In this document: positions 1 to 50,212 of the stretch, piece by piece
Numbering within the stretch: position 1 is the stretch's first letter
Layout: every line of letters begins with the position of its first letter
Assembly (NCBI RefSeq): GCF_963921235.1
Contig: NC_086107.1
Location: forward strand, 105,278,001-105,342,000
Length of the DNA: 64,000 nt
Direction of reading: 5' to 3'
From: Mobula hypostoma
Taxonomy: Eukaryota
Position numbers and translations under genes: made by a program
The notes under the pieces: generated by a model
Told to the model about the DNA's origin: nothing
Database searches by the model: none
The model's input: only the letters and a program-made list of their open reading frames with translations

Positions 1-305
1 TAGTCTGCACTGTTGTTCCTTTTACCAAAATGCATTATCATACATTTCCCAGCAATGTATTCCATCTGCCACTTTTTTATTCCTCATTCTTCCAACTTGT
101 CTAGGTCTTGCTGCAATCGCGTGGCTTCCTCAGCACTACCTACCCTTCCACCTATCTTCATATCAACCACAAACTTTGCCACAAAGCCATCAATTCTACT
201 ATCTAAATCATTGACAATGTAAAAAGTAGCGGTCCCAATACTGATCTTGGGGGAACACCACTAGTCACTGGCAGCCAACTAGAAAAGCCCCCCTTTATTC
301 CCTCT
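1..305 (-). mobile_element. CR1 LINE RT fragment
   Basis: Reverse complement resembles the [13 protein letters not shown]...KFADD region of the other CR1 copies here. Confidence 0.75.
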
Positions 306-1524
306 CACTGTGCTTCTGTCAAGCTTGGTCAAGTTGTATTGCTGTCTTCATGAGCAATCTTCTAGGATTGTGCCCCCAGTCCCCTGCTTGTATTCTGCTT
401 TTCCTACCAAGATGTGGCACTTCAAATTTCTTGGCATTACTTCTTAGTTTTATTTCGGTAGTACGGACCCCTTGGGGATCTCACTGTGCACTTCTCTCAA
501 GCTTTAAGTCAGACTTTCATTATTGACTTTTCCTATACTTTAGGCAGTTTTGTGCTGCAGCTGCCTTTATTCTATGGTGTTATATGATCTGTTTTTACCA
601 TAAGCCCAGTAAGTGCACCATATCACAGGCATTTTGGTGGGTGGTCTATATATAACACACAAACTGCATTTCCTTCAATGGCATTTACTTCATTAATAAA
701 GTTAATTAAACACTCTTTATCTTTAACAGTCTGTACTAGCTTTCTGTTAGTCCGCACTTGTCCAAGTGACAACTAATTTGGTTCCCGATTATATTTCCTG
801 AACTTTTCCCACAACCAAGATTAGACTGATCTTGTTCCTGGGTTTGTATTTATACCATTTTGTTTGAATGTGAGTGTACTGTTGCACCACCCCAATTGGA
901 TGGTTATGGTCAAGTCCTTTGCAGTTTCCTCTCTTAGCAACTGAGGATATGTTGCTTCTGGGCCGAATGATTTATTCACTGCAGCTGCCATTTCTGGTCT
1001 CTCCTTTAGCAATTCTTGACCCATTCAGAATCACAGCAGTATCTTGCTTAGAGATTCCAACAATTTCTTCTTTAAGGTTCATTTGTTTTCTTAACCGTGC
1101 TCTCTACCTTTGAATTAGATTTCTGATTTAGTCTCTGATCAGTCTTGCCTCCCCGTTTACAATACATTTCCTGTTCATGTGCTAGTAGAATATTTTTGGA
1201 CTTTCTTTTACTTCCATTGTTGCTTCTTTTCCGTTTCCTTTGCCTCTCACTTCAATTTTCACTTCTCTTCTGAGCTTCATGTCATCAGCCTCATTCCTGG
1301 CTGTGTTTACAGCCTATCATCTATCATGTGCTGTTTTTTCCTGTTCTGTTTTCAACCTTATTTTTGTCGTCCATAACTTTTAATTTCTTGACTGTTCCTT
1401 CGTGGGAATGTGCCGACACTCAAGATAAAGGCCTTCTGTGATTCAATTAGTTTTGATTGCCTAGCTTTGACTCTAATTTACCCAGGCAGGCTTTTTCTCT
1501 TATGACTATTTTTACCTTTGGTCT

Positions 1525-1760
1525 ATAGCGGTTAGAGTGATGCTATTACATCTTGGGCGTTGGAGTTCGGAGTTCAATCTGTAAGGGGTTTGTACGTCCT
1601 CCCCGGAATACATTGGTTTCCTCCCACAGTCCAAAGATGTACCATTTAGTAGGTTATTTGGTCATTATAATTTGTCCTGTGATTAGGCTAAAGATTAAAT
1701 TGGTTGGTTGCTGGCGGCGCAGCTCAAAGGGCCTATTCCGTCCTAAATCTCTAGATAAAA
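1525..1760 (+). mobile_element. tRNA-derived V-SINE-like SINE
   Basis: Core ggtttcctcccacagtccaaagatgtac...gtaggtta...ggtcatt, recurring at ~14600, 29830 (+) and ~15850, 44880, 49700 (-). Confidence 0.65.
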
Positions 1761-2107
1761 GGTTTCAAACATATGTGCCCATTAGTGTGCCCACTAGCAA
1801 GTCTGTATCTGGATATCTGAAGTTCCCAGTTATAGTCACTGCTTTAGTTTTGCACATTTCTTCAAATTTGCCTCTCCATATAAACATATAGCAAGCATCT
1901 ATTAGATCGTGCATTGATTGTGGTTAATAAATACTATTTCAGTTTGATATAAGAATGTGATTTGGTAGAATGTGTATTTGGGAACATAGTGGGGGAAGTT
2001 TGATACGGAATGATCTGTAAAAGGGTGGAGGGCAAGTAATTAAAATGTCTACCTCCTTCCCATTTGCCATTCACATCTCTTTTCTGCTTTTTTTTCCCAT
2101 CCTGCAG

Positions 2108-39529
<37,422 letters not shown>

Positions 39530-39812
39530 CCAGGAAGTATACACCCAGTGCCAGGGTGGGGAAGTGCTCCCCACACCACTGACTGAACCTCAGTAATCCA
39601 GTATCAGGCTTGCAGTCTGAACATAACTGTTCTTGGAAGAGAGCTTCGTTTAGAGACCTTGTACAATTTTGAGGAAAAAAAGAAGAAATCAAAAAAATGT
39701 TGTACATCATGTATTTTGTTCTAACCTGTGCATAAGATATTGTATTGGAAAATACTTTGTCAGGAATCTGTACAGTTCTGCGTTTAAAAAGCAGCTAGTG
39801 CTTGTATGAAAA

Positions 39813-39818
39813 AATAAA
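39813..39818 (+). terminator. Polyadenylation signal of CNOT3 (3' UTR about 300 nt)
   Basis: AATAAA ~285 nt after the stop, with several upstream TGTA motifs and a downstream GT/T-rich tract (gtttactttgtgctattcttgg). Confidence 0.7.
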
Positions 39819-40699
39819 ACATTTTTCATGTATACCTGATGTTTACTTTGTGCTATTCTTGGAGTTTCCTTGTTTGCCACTAAGTAATATTCTGATTATC
39901 CAGCACCCTTGGGACTTTGGACTACCAGATTTTCTGAACTATTGAATGTAATTCATTAATACCCAAATCCTTATTTCACTCCTTGTCCCCTTCATATTAC
40001 AAGCATAACTTTACATTGAACCCAGTGAATTTAAATGGAGCAGGAAATATACAAGTATATTTGGGGCCATATACAAGTATTCTGGGGCCATAGCATATTT
40101 GTATCCAAGACCCTGACACTTGGTGTTCCAAGGACCCACAATCTGGGCTCCTGGTTCCTGCCACAACCCCCACTTGCACTTGGACCCTTGGTTCACAGTC
40201 TGAATTAATGTGTGAGGAAGATGCTGGTCCATCAAGTTTTCCGAATAATTGGATTTTAGTTGATTGGCGTTTAGTAGTATGTCATTTCAGTGTGACCAAG
40301 TGCAATTGGGTGAAAGGGTTTCTTATTACGTAATTTCTCATGTAATGTTTTCTGTGCATTATCCTTCATTCTCATCTTGAGTGTTCATTCATGTTACAAG
40401 ATGCTGGAATGAAATTCAACTGAGCAGCAGATGCCCCCCCCCCCCCAACCATCTCTGAGCTTGTGCTTAACAAACCATCAAGCATCCGAGTTGGGGGTAA
40501 AAATGTGAAATCCTTTTAAACATTGCGGGAAGAAGGGAGCAAACTGCTGGCATCAGACATTGTAGCTTGTGGCCATAGGAAGATTCACTGAGGGAAGCAG
40601 GCAGATGGGCTCACCACCATATAATGCAGAACGGTTCAGCACAGGAGCAGGTCTCTCAGCCCACAATGCCAGATAAAGCTGAGTTTCCTCTTCTGTACT

Positions 40700-41180
40700 T
40701 CATTCATAAGATATAGGAGCAGAACTAGGCTGTTTGACGCATTAAGTCTGCTCTGCCATTTCATCATGACTGATCCATTTCCCTCTTAGCCCCAATTAAC
40801 TTCCCAACGCATCTGCCACTTCTTTGCCCCTTCTCCTTTCTAAGTCCTTCTGTGGCCTATCTGCTTTGTCAAAACTGCCAGTCCCTCCACCCATCTTTGT
40901 ATCGCCCACAAAGCCATCAATTCTGTCATCCAAATCTTTGACATGTAACATAAGGTCCCAATGGAACACCACTAGTCACTGGCAGACAATCAGAAAAGGC
41001 TTCCTTTATTTCCTCTCTTTGTCTCCTGCCAATCAGCCAATGCCCTATCCACGCTAGTATCTTTCCTGTAAGTAGCCTCACGTGTGGCACCTTGTCAAGG
41101 GTCTTCTGAAAATCTGAGTACACAACATCCACCAATTCTCCTTTCTCCATGCTGCTTGTTATTTTCTTAAGAAGTCCAAC
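40700..41180 (-). mobile_element. Internally deleted CR1 fragments
   Basis: VDVVYSDFQKTLDKVPH, LPVTSGVP on the - strand. Confidence 0.75.
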
Positions 41181-41904
41181 AACATCCCTGCTTATTCATC
41201 TGCCTCTCTAAAAGTCTCATGCAAGCTTGGACACTATCTTGGCATAATTATCACACCATTTCTTTGTCATTACTGGGACAAAACTCTGGAATATGCCACC
41301 TGATGATAAACTGAGAGTACCTTTCTAACAGGTAGTGAGGGTGCACGATGCCTCACCACTACTTGGGAAATAAGTGCTCGACTTGCCAGAGCATAATATT
41401 CTGTAAATCAAGCTATAGGTTATAATAATTACTCCATAGGAAATGACTGTGAGGACAATGGATTGCCCATTAACCACACACACAACTGGTTCTCCATGTA
41501 ACCTTGTGTCTACGTAAAATTGCACACACATGGGTGGAGCAAGTCGGCAAACAGGGCAACATCAATGGAGGGAAATGGGCAGTTGATATATTCTCCCAAA
41601 TATCCATTGATGCTGCCTTGCCTGCTGAGTTCCTTATTTCCTTTGTGTATTTCTCCGGATTTACCGATCCTCCAGACCGTTTGTGAAGATTGAGAAGAGT
41701 ACAGTAGGTCTCCAACATCAGAAAATTCTCTCACCTCTTCAATCTATCAAAGCCCCTCATAATGTGAAACCTGCATAAATCTCACTTGACTTTTTCCAGT
41801 TCAAAGCACATCCCATGCTTGGTCTCTCAGATCAGCGCGTGGATGAAAGTAGAACGGAGGGCAAAATAGGAGGGAAGGGTTAGATTGATATCGGAATAGG
41901 TTAA

Positions 41905-43461
41905 AGGAGCTGCTTAAGGAAGTAGCCCAAGAAATAGTGGATGCATTAGTGATAATTTTTCAAAACTTTAGATTCTGGACTAGTTTCTGAGGATTGGAGG
42001 GTGGCTAATGTAACCCCACTTTTTAAAAAAGGAGGGAGCGAGAAACCGGGGAATTATAGACTGGTTAGCCTAAAATCGGTGGTGGGGAAACTGCTAGAGT
42101 CAGTTATCAAAGATGTGATAACAGCACATTTGGAAAGCGGTGAAATCATCAGACAAAGTCAGCATGGATTTGTGAAAGGAAAATCATGTCTGATGAATCT
42201 CATAGAATTTTTTGAGGATGTAACTAGTAGAGTGGATAGGGGAGAACCAGTGGATGTGGTATATTTGGATTTTCAAAAGGCTTTTGAGAAGGTCCCACAC
42301 AAGAGATTAGTGTGCAAACTTAAAGCACACGGTACTGGGGGTAAGGTATTGATGTGGATAGAGAATTGGTTGGCAAACAGGAAGCAAAGAGTGGGAATAA
42401 ATGGGACCTTTTCAGAATGGCAGGCAGTGACTAGTGGGGTACCGCAAGGCTCAGTGCTGGGACCCCAGTTGTTTACAATATATATTAATGACTTGGATGA
42501 GGGAATTAAATGCAGCATCTCCAAGTTTGCGGATGACACGAAGCTGGGCGGCAGTGTTAGCTGTGAGGAGGATGCTAAGAGGATGCAGGGTGACTTGGAT
42601 AGGTTAGGTGAGTGGGCAAATTCATGGCAGATGCAATTTAATGTGGATAAATGTGAAGTTATCCACTTTGGTGGCAAAAATAGGAAAACAGATTATTATC
42701 TGAATGGTGGCCGATTAGGAAAAGACGAGGTGCAATGAGACCTGGGTGTCATTATACACCAGTCATTGAAAGTGGGCATGCAGGTACAGCAGGCGGTGAA
42801 AAAGGCGAATGGTATGCTGGCATTTATAGCGAGAGGATTCGAGTACAGGAGCAGGGAGATACTACTGCAGTTGTACAAGGCCTTGGTGAGACCACACCTG
42901 GAGTATTGTGTGCAGTTTTGGTCCCCTAATCTGAGGAAAGACATCCTTGCCATAGAGGGGGTACAAAGAAGGTTCACCAGATTGATTCCTGGGATGGCAG
43001 GACTTTCATATGATGAAAGACTGGATGAACTAGGTTTATACTCGTTGGAATATAGAAGATTGAGGGGGGATCTGATTGAAACGTATAAAATCCTAAAGGG
43101 ATTGGACAGGCTAGATGCAGGAAGATTGTTCCCGATGTTGGGGAAGTCCAGAACGAGGGGCCACAGTTTGAGGATAAAGGGGAAGCCTTTTAGGACCGAG
43201 ATTAGGAAAAACTTCTTCACACAGAGAGTGGTGAATCTGTGGAATTCTCTGCCACAGGAAACAGTTGAGGCCAGTTCATTGGCTATATTTAAGAGGGAGT
43301 TAGATATGGCCCTGGTGGCTAAAGGGATCAGGGGGTATGGAGGGACGGCTGCTGCAGGGTTCTGAGTTGGATGATCAGCCATGATCATACTGAATGGTGG
43401 TGCGGCTCGAAGAGCCGAATGGCCTACTCCTGCACCTATTTTCTATGTTTCTATGTTTCTA
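41905..43461 (+). mobile_element. Young 5'-truncated CR1 LINE with (ctatgttt)n tail
   Basis: ORFs 42001-42738 and 42766-43365 are the same frame split by one TGA; full RT motifs (QGSVLGP, SKFADDTK); inserted into an older CR1 3' end. Confidence 0.95.
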
Positions 43462-44024
43462 AAAGATCGGCAGAACACTGTGGGCCAAAGGGTCTGACAA
43501 TATGCAGTACCATGTTCGACCGCAATAATGAACATGTTATTTTCACTCGTATCGATAGCATAGCCGAGGTCAGTTTTTGTCTCCCCATATTTCCCTTTAG
43601 ATTCTGTGGCCAGGCCATTTGAGAGAGAAGTGGAGTTAATTGTATTCCTGTGGCTCTGGAATTGAAACATCAGACCGGAATGGATGATTGAATTCCTCAA
43701 CACTGGTGAACTGGACAGCCTCCAAGCCTTTAATGGGGTACTCAAAGCTGAATGCAAGTTATAACTGTTTAATTGTGCCCTGACTTTTGTTTTATATAAG
43801 TACTCTTATTTTTATTCATAACCACTGCCCTTATATTAAACACAAAATTCTGTTGCATCATAACCGTCTTATTAAATAATAACCCTTAATGTAAAATGTT
43901 TCCAAACTGCACTGTGCCTGACCTTCCCACTAACCTGCTGTTTAGTTCTTCCTATCATCATTATGCTTTTGTGTTCTCAGAAACTTTAGTAATGTTTCCT
44001 CAGGCAATCTATAATAACACAGAC

Positions 44025-44245
44025 TAACACATACAGACTGCTGGAGGAACTCAGATCAGGCAGCATCTGAGACCTTTCATCAGGACTTGATGAAGGGTCT
44101 CAGCCTCGAAACGTCGACACTGTTTATTGTCCTGAAGAACTGTCTTGGCCGGAAATGTCGGCTGTTTATTCCTCTCCATAGATGCTGCCTGACCTGCTGA
44201 GTTCCTCCAGCATTTTGTAGCATCTGCAGAATCTCTTGTGTCTAC
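44025..44245. mobile_element. Fold-back Penelope-terminus element with two tandem hammerhead-like motifs and 11-bp TSD
   Basis: TSD ataacacagac at 44014-44024 and 44246-44256; motifs at 44086-44118 and 44129-44162. Confidence 0.7.
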
Positions 44246-44714
44246 ATAACACAGACAGGTGAACTCTACTTGGAATAGATTTCCAACCTGAGCCACACCC
44301 ATTTGCCCTTAAGTTTTGTTTCCCGTCTTCATGTGATATCTGAGCTACACTAAATGGATCGGGATCAACGAAATTACGTCTGCTTAGTTGATGTTCATTA
44401 TGGCTTCTTGTAATTGCAGTTGAACGTGTTTGTGTTTGAAACTACAAAGAGCTTTGAACCATGTGTTGACAATGCCTGTTTCTAGCTTCACTATATTATC
44501 TATTGAAACTTTCTTAACTTCCCTAGCACACTTCCACACTCCATAAGCTTGGGATTGTTGCCTAGAACCGCAGTCAACCTCCTTACCATTTTTCAAAGAA
44601 CTCTCATCCTTTTCAAGTTCCATCATGGCCTCAGTCTCCGTAATCCCCAACATCCTGATACCCGCAATCAAATTCTATCCTCTTGATCATGGCTCCCCGT
44701 TTAGCTTTTTTTTA

Positions 44715-45020
44715 AAGATTAGCTTTATTTGTCACGTGTACATTGAAGCATACAATGAAACGTGTCATTTGCGTCAATGACCAACCAAGTCTGAACATGT
44801 GCTTGGGGGCAGACCGCAAATGTCACCAACATAGCATCCTCACGACTTACTAACCCTAACCTGTACACCTTTGGAATGTAGGAGGAAATTGGAGCACCCA
44901 AAAGAAACCCACAAGGTCAGGGGGGATAACTCCTTACAAACAGTGTTGGGAATTCAACCCCGATTGTTGACTGTTGGCAATGTAATACTGTTATGATAAC
45001 TATTATTCCACTGTGCTGCC
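44715..45020 (-). mobile_element. V-SINE-like SINE
   Basis: Reverse complement of the core (ctttggaatgtaggaggaaattggagcaccc). Confidence 0.6.
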
Positions 45021-46114
45021 ATTAGCTGTCAGGGGCCTAACCTCTGACATTTCCACTTCTCAAATTCTCAAAAGCGCTCTGTGAAAACCACATCTTTGAT
45101 TAAGATTACAGACATCTGCCTTGGGATCTCCAAATGTTTGTAACACTCCTGTGAATTAAACACTGTTAGAGATTCTATGCTACTATATTTAACTTTACTT
45201 TTATTTATTTACCACAAATCAAACTTAATGATTCTCTTGACAGGATGCACATTGAAGGCTCTAATGGAATATTCCCCCCACCCCACTTCCCATCAAAAGA
45301 AATGATTGGCTGTTGTTAATAACTTCTTCTGCGTAATCTGATTTTTTTCCAGTTTTTAAATATCATCTTGGTTAAAATCATCCTCTTTCATTCAAAGTTC
45401 AGTAAAAATCTTTTAATTTTTAACCTTTAACCATATATAGAGCTCTGAATGAACAAGTCCAAACAAACTTAACTTCCCACTTCACTTGTAACTCCAGTGC
45501 AGTTGACAACATGAGGAGCAGGGTGTTGTTTTCAGACAGCAGTGTTATGGCAAAATCCACCAGTTTCTGAACAGGATCTCCTATCTTGTTGGCTCATCTG
45601 AAACCAGGAGAGGCTGCTTGAAAGAGTGTTCAAAGCAAATCTATAATCGGGGTACATGTATGTCACCACATACAACCCTGAGATTTATTTTCCTCCAGGC
45701 ATACTCAGAAGATCTACAGAACTGTAAACAGGACCAGTGAAAGATCAAGTAGAATGCAGAAAGCAACAAAATGTGCAAATATAAATATAAATAAATAGCA
45801 ATAAATAATGATAACATGAAATAACAAGAAAAGAGTCCTTAAAGTGAGATCATTGGTTGTGGGAACATCTCAATGGATGGGTCATTGAGTGTAGTTATCA
45901 CCTTTTGTTCAAGAGCCTGATGGTTGAGGGGTAGCAACTGTTCACGAACCTGGTGGTGTGAGTCCTGAGGCTCCTGTACCTTCTACCTGACGGCAGCGAG
46001 AAAAGAGCAGGCCTGGGAGAAGAGAACGTGGAGTGTGGAAGGCAGCTGAGGTTTTGCTCTGCAAGCTGAGTACACAGATTAATGACTGGTCACTGTGTTG
46101 TCCCAGCACATCGT

Positions 46115-46180
46115 GTTGAGTGTGTGTGTGTCTGTGAGTGTGTGTGTCAGTGAGTGTGTGTGTCAGTGAGTGTGTGTGTG
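46115..46180. repeat. Imperfect (GT)n microsatellite
   Basis: Direct reading. Confidence 0.85.
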
Positions 46181-47111
46181 ATTAGCGTGTCAATTCAGTG
46201 GGCTGAGAAACGAATGGTGTGTTTTCTGTTACATTAAGTCTGTTAATACATTGCAGAAGTTTGTGTCTGGATTCATTCAGGAAAGAGAATAATTATTGCT
46301 TTGCTATAAAATGAATGAATTAAATATAGAAGCAATCCTTAGATGAATTAATGATGAACTATTTGTACATTCTTTCTCATTTATTACTTTAGAAAAGATT
46401 CTGCCCGTGACCAGAAATCTCAGTTCCTAGACTTGGTGATTATAAAAAGACTGTAAAGTACATGTCACCACATATAACCCTGAGATTCTTCTTCCTGCAA
46501 ATCTATAGAACAGTAACTGTTTTATTAAGAATGTCTGCAAAAAAAAGAATCTCAGGGGTGAATGTGTTGACATATACGTACTCTAATAATAAATTTTACT
46601 TAGAACTTTGAAAAGACAGATTCCAATGAGTTTAGCCATGCTACAAGTGGATATTAATGAACGTAAAGTCTAATGTAATCATGCGCTATTGCATAAACAA
46701 CTTGGCCTCTAACTAACTCCTCGCAGCCCGGATACCAGTGTGAGTGATGACGGGACATATCAATAAGAACCAGGCGGATTGTGAGTAACTTATAAGGAAT
46801 GCATTCTCCTGGTGATTTGTAATCTTTTGATGCACTAGATAATTCCTGGGTGAATAAAGTTGTATCTACCTCATCATGTTCTTCTTAGGGAGTCCTCGAG
46901 ATTGAGAACGACATACTCCACTTAAAGACATAAGACGTAGGAGCAGAATTTTCTCCCTAACCGTTGACATCCTGACTAATCGAGCATCTATCACCCTCAG
47001 CCAGTGACTTAGCCTCCACAACCTTCTGTGGCAATGAATTCCACAGATTTACCACTCGCTGCCTAAAAACAATTTCCCTCATTTCTGCTCTAAATGGACG
47101 TTCCTCTGTTC

Positions 47112-47180
47112 CAGGGGTCCCCAACCTGGGGTCCACAGATGGTAAGGGTCCATGGCAGAAAAAAGGATGGGAAACCCCTG
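47112..47180. mobile_element. 69-bp hAT (Buster-type) MITE
   Basis: TIR CAGGGGTCCCCAACC / ggatgggaaacccctg; 8-bp TSD ctct(g/a)ttc. Confidence 0.8.
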
Positions 47181-47265
47181 CTCTATTCTGAGGCTGTGCT
47201 CTCTGGTCCTAGACTCACCCAGTATTGAAACCGTCCTCCGCACGTCCACTCTATCTAGGCCTTTC

Positions 47266-48222
47266 CTTCTTTTCTTTTTCAATCTTTTTATTAGTTTCAT
47301 AAAGATATAAGCATGACATGGTAGTAGTACAAAGTTATTGGGAATACATTGTTGTAATTAACATGAGTGATTATAAAACCAAATAAATGGTAAAACTCCC
47401 AATCATATAGGATACCAGTGAATAATATAAAACAAAGAAGACTATCTAAACAAAAATCATGAAAAAGGGAAAAAAAAAATAACTCTGCCCCACCAGAAAA
47501 ACTAAACTAAACAGCACATTTGGAAAGCGTTGAGGCCAGTTCATTGGCTATGTTTAAGAGGGAGTTAGATATGGCCCTTGTGGCTAAAGGGATCAGGGGG
47601 TATGGACAGAAGGCAGGTACAGGGTTCTGAGTTGGATGATCAGCCATGATCATACTGTGTGGCAGTGCAGGCTCGAAGGGCCGAATGGCCTACTCCTGCA
47701 CCTATTTTCTATGTTTCTATGTTTAAACAGAATTAATCAACTAAACTAAAAAAAAGACCTGGGCTGTTTTAAAATCATAAAAAATGGGAGAAAAGAAAAC
47801 CTTAGCGTCGACGACTCCGTTCCCTCTCAACCAACATTATAGAGAAGTAAAATAAGTTTGGAAATGGTCAAATTACATCATATGAAAATGCTGAATAAAT
47901 GGCCTCCAAGTCTTTTCGAATTTAATGGAAGGGTCATAAATAGCACTTCTAATTTTTTCCAAATTTAAACACAACATAGTTTGTGAAAACCAATGAAATA
48001 TGTAGGAGGGATAATCTCTTTCCAATTCAGCCAAATGGATCTTCTAGCCATTAAAGTAAGAAATGCAATCATCCGACGAGCTGAAGAGGTTAAATGATTT
48101 AATTCTATTGTTGGTAACCCAAAAATAGCAGTAATTGGGTGAGGCTGTAAATCTATATTCAAAACCGTTGAAATAATATCAAAAATATCTTTCCAATATT
48201 TTTGCAACAAAGGACATGACCA
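47266..48222 (-). mobile_element. L1-clade LINE 3' fragment with 14-bp TSD
   Basis: WSCPLLQKYWKDIFDIIS...IAFLTLMARRSIWLNWK; A-rich tail; TSD tatctaggcctttc at 47252-47265 and 48223-48236. Confidence 0.85.
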
Positions 48223-48699
48223 TATCTAGGCCTTTCAATGTTCGACAGGTTTCAATGAGTGCCCTTCTCATTCTTCCGTGAAGAGTGTAATGGGGGACAG
48301 AATATAGGCTGTTTACAAGGTTGTCTGTTCTGCTGATGCAGAGTCTGTGTGGCCCCCGTGTATAGTCTTAAGGTTCTTGGTGCTCTAGTCTATGTGGTCA
48401 ATGCAGAGGTCCCCAAGAATCAGTGGGGATACCTTCTTCAAGAAAGGACTACAATAGTGAACAGCAGGGATCTGGGAGTGTTGTAGAACAGGGGGACCTT
48501 GGTTCATGGTTCGCCCTTAAAGTGGAGTTGCAGGTGGACAGTGTGGTGAAGGAGGCTTTTGACACATTGACCTTTATCAGCCAGAGCACTGGGTGTAGAA
48601 GCTGAGATGTTACGCTGCAATGGTACAAGACATTAACCACTGGGGTATCACCTGGAGTACTGCATTCAGTTTTGGCCACCCTGTTAGAGGGAAGGTGCC

Positions 48700-49040
48700 T
48701 CAGGGTTTGGTTGCACGTCAGCCCCACGCTCCTGATATATAGGCACCTAGGATGGAAGGGAGCAGGTTGTTCAGAGGATCTACTGGTGGGCTTCTACCTG
48801 GCCCTGGCCGAGATGGCCATCCATGAGTCCAGGTGGTGAGCAGTTGAGCTCTGCCAGGGCTGACTGCCTGCCCCTCTTCCGGGGAAACTTTCATGCCCGG
48901 GTGTCCTTGGAGAAGGAGCATGTGGTCATGATGGGAACAGTGGGCCACCCAGGGAATTGACTGTTTTATAGACAGTAATAATCATATTTTAATTTGAATT
49001 TGTTCACTGTAAATACCTGATGTTTGTATTTTGTGTGAAT
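48700..49040 (+). mobile_element. Tx1-like LINE 3' fragment inserted in a CR1 remnant (48440-49270)
   Basis: LLVGFYLALAEMAIHESR, DCLPLFRGNFHARVSLEKEH, then AATAAA. Confidence 0.55.
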
Positions 49041-49823
49041 AAACGTTTGAAGTATTGTAAAAGAAAAGGAAAGATGCCACGAAACTGTAAAGAATGCAGA
49101 AAAGATTTACGAGAATATCGCCAGGACTTGTGGATGAGCTTATAAAGGGGCAAATATAGAGTGAATGAACTTGGTCTTTCTCCTAGGGATAAGCTACTGG
49201 GAATAGGTTTAAGGCGAGTGGGGAAAGATTTAATATGAACATGAGGGGCAACTTTTTTACACCAAGGATGATACATATGCCAAGTGGCCACTTTATTAGG
49301 TATAGCTGCTCATTAATGCAAGCATCTAATCAGCCAATCAGCTTAGAAGCATGCAGACATGGTCAAGAGGTTCAACTGTTGTTCAGACCAAACATCAGAA
49401 TGGGTAAGAAATGCGCTCTAAGTGACTTTGACCATGGAATGACTGTTGGTGTCAGATGGGGTGGTTTGAGGATCTCTGAAGCTGCTGATTGTGATGGTAT
49501 TCTTGAGTCTCCACCCAGAACTTCCATGATTGATGGTAGTGGAAACTGAGAGGAAGCTCGATGAAGGAAGCCCTAAACACCACCAGAGATGGAGGACTTT
49601 CATTGCTGCCCTAAACGCCAGCGGAGTAACAGGCAGTAAATAAGTAAGTTAGTTTAATCTACCAACCTACTCATCTTTGGATATGGGTGGAAAATGGACC
49701 ACCCAGAGGAAACCCACATGGTCACGGGGAGAACGTACAAACTCCTTACAGATAGTGCCAGAATTGAACCAGGGTTGCCTGCGCTGAAATAACATTACAC
49801 TAACCACTAAGCTGTCATACCGC

Positions 49824-50212
49824 CATCATCATCGTTACATGCTGTGTCGTATGACGTGGGCGATCATGCTCCCATGACCATGATTTTTCTTGGCAAATTT
49901 TTCTACAGAAGAGATTTGCCATTGCCTTCTCTTGGACAGTTTCTTTACAAGTCGGGTGACCCCAGCCATTATCAATACTCTTCAGAGATTGTCCGCCTGG
50001 AGTCAGTGGTCACATAACCAGGACTTGTGATCTGCACCAGCTGCTCACACAACCATCCACCACCTGGTCCCATGCCTTCACATGAGCCTGATCTGGGGGG
50101 TGGGGGGAGGCACTTAACAGATGCTACACCTTGCCCAAGGGTGACCTGCAGGCTAGCGGAGGGAAGGAGCACCTTAAACCTCCTTTGGTAGAGACGTATC
50201 TCCACCCCACCA
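49824..50212 (-). mobile_element. RTE-related SINE-like element (second copy)
   Basis: Reverse complement of 29513-29825 + 30045-30130. Confidence 0.6.

Larger units (their letters stand above)
46925..48275 (-). mobile_element. CR1 3' fragment hosting a hAT MITE and an L1 insertion
   Basis: GLDRVDVRRTVSILGESRTREHSLRIE on the - strand; resumes after 48236. Confidence 0.75.

Noticed and set aside
303..505. Direct repeat tctcactgtgc(a)cttct(g/c)tcaagctt about 175 bp apart
   Set aside because: Short, imperfect and within decayed CR1-like sequence; no further structure visible.
39660..39810. Pumilio elements in the CNOT3 3' UTR
   Set aside because: Several TGTA motifs, but none matches TGTANATA fully; better explained as upstream polyadenylation elements.
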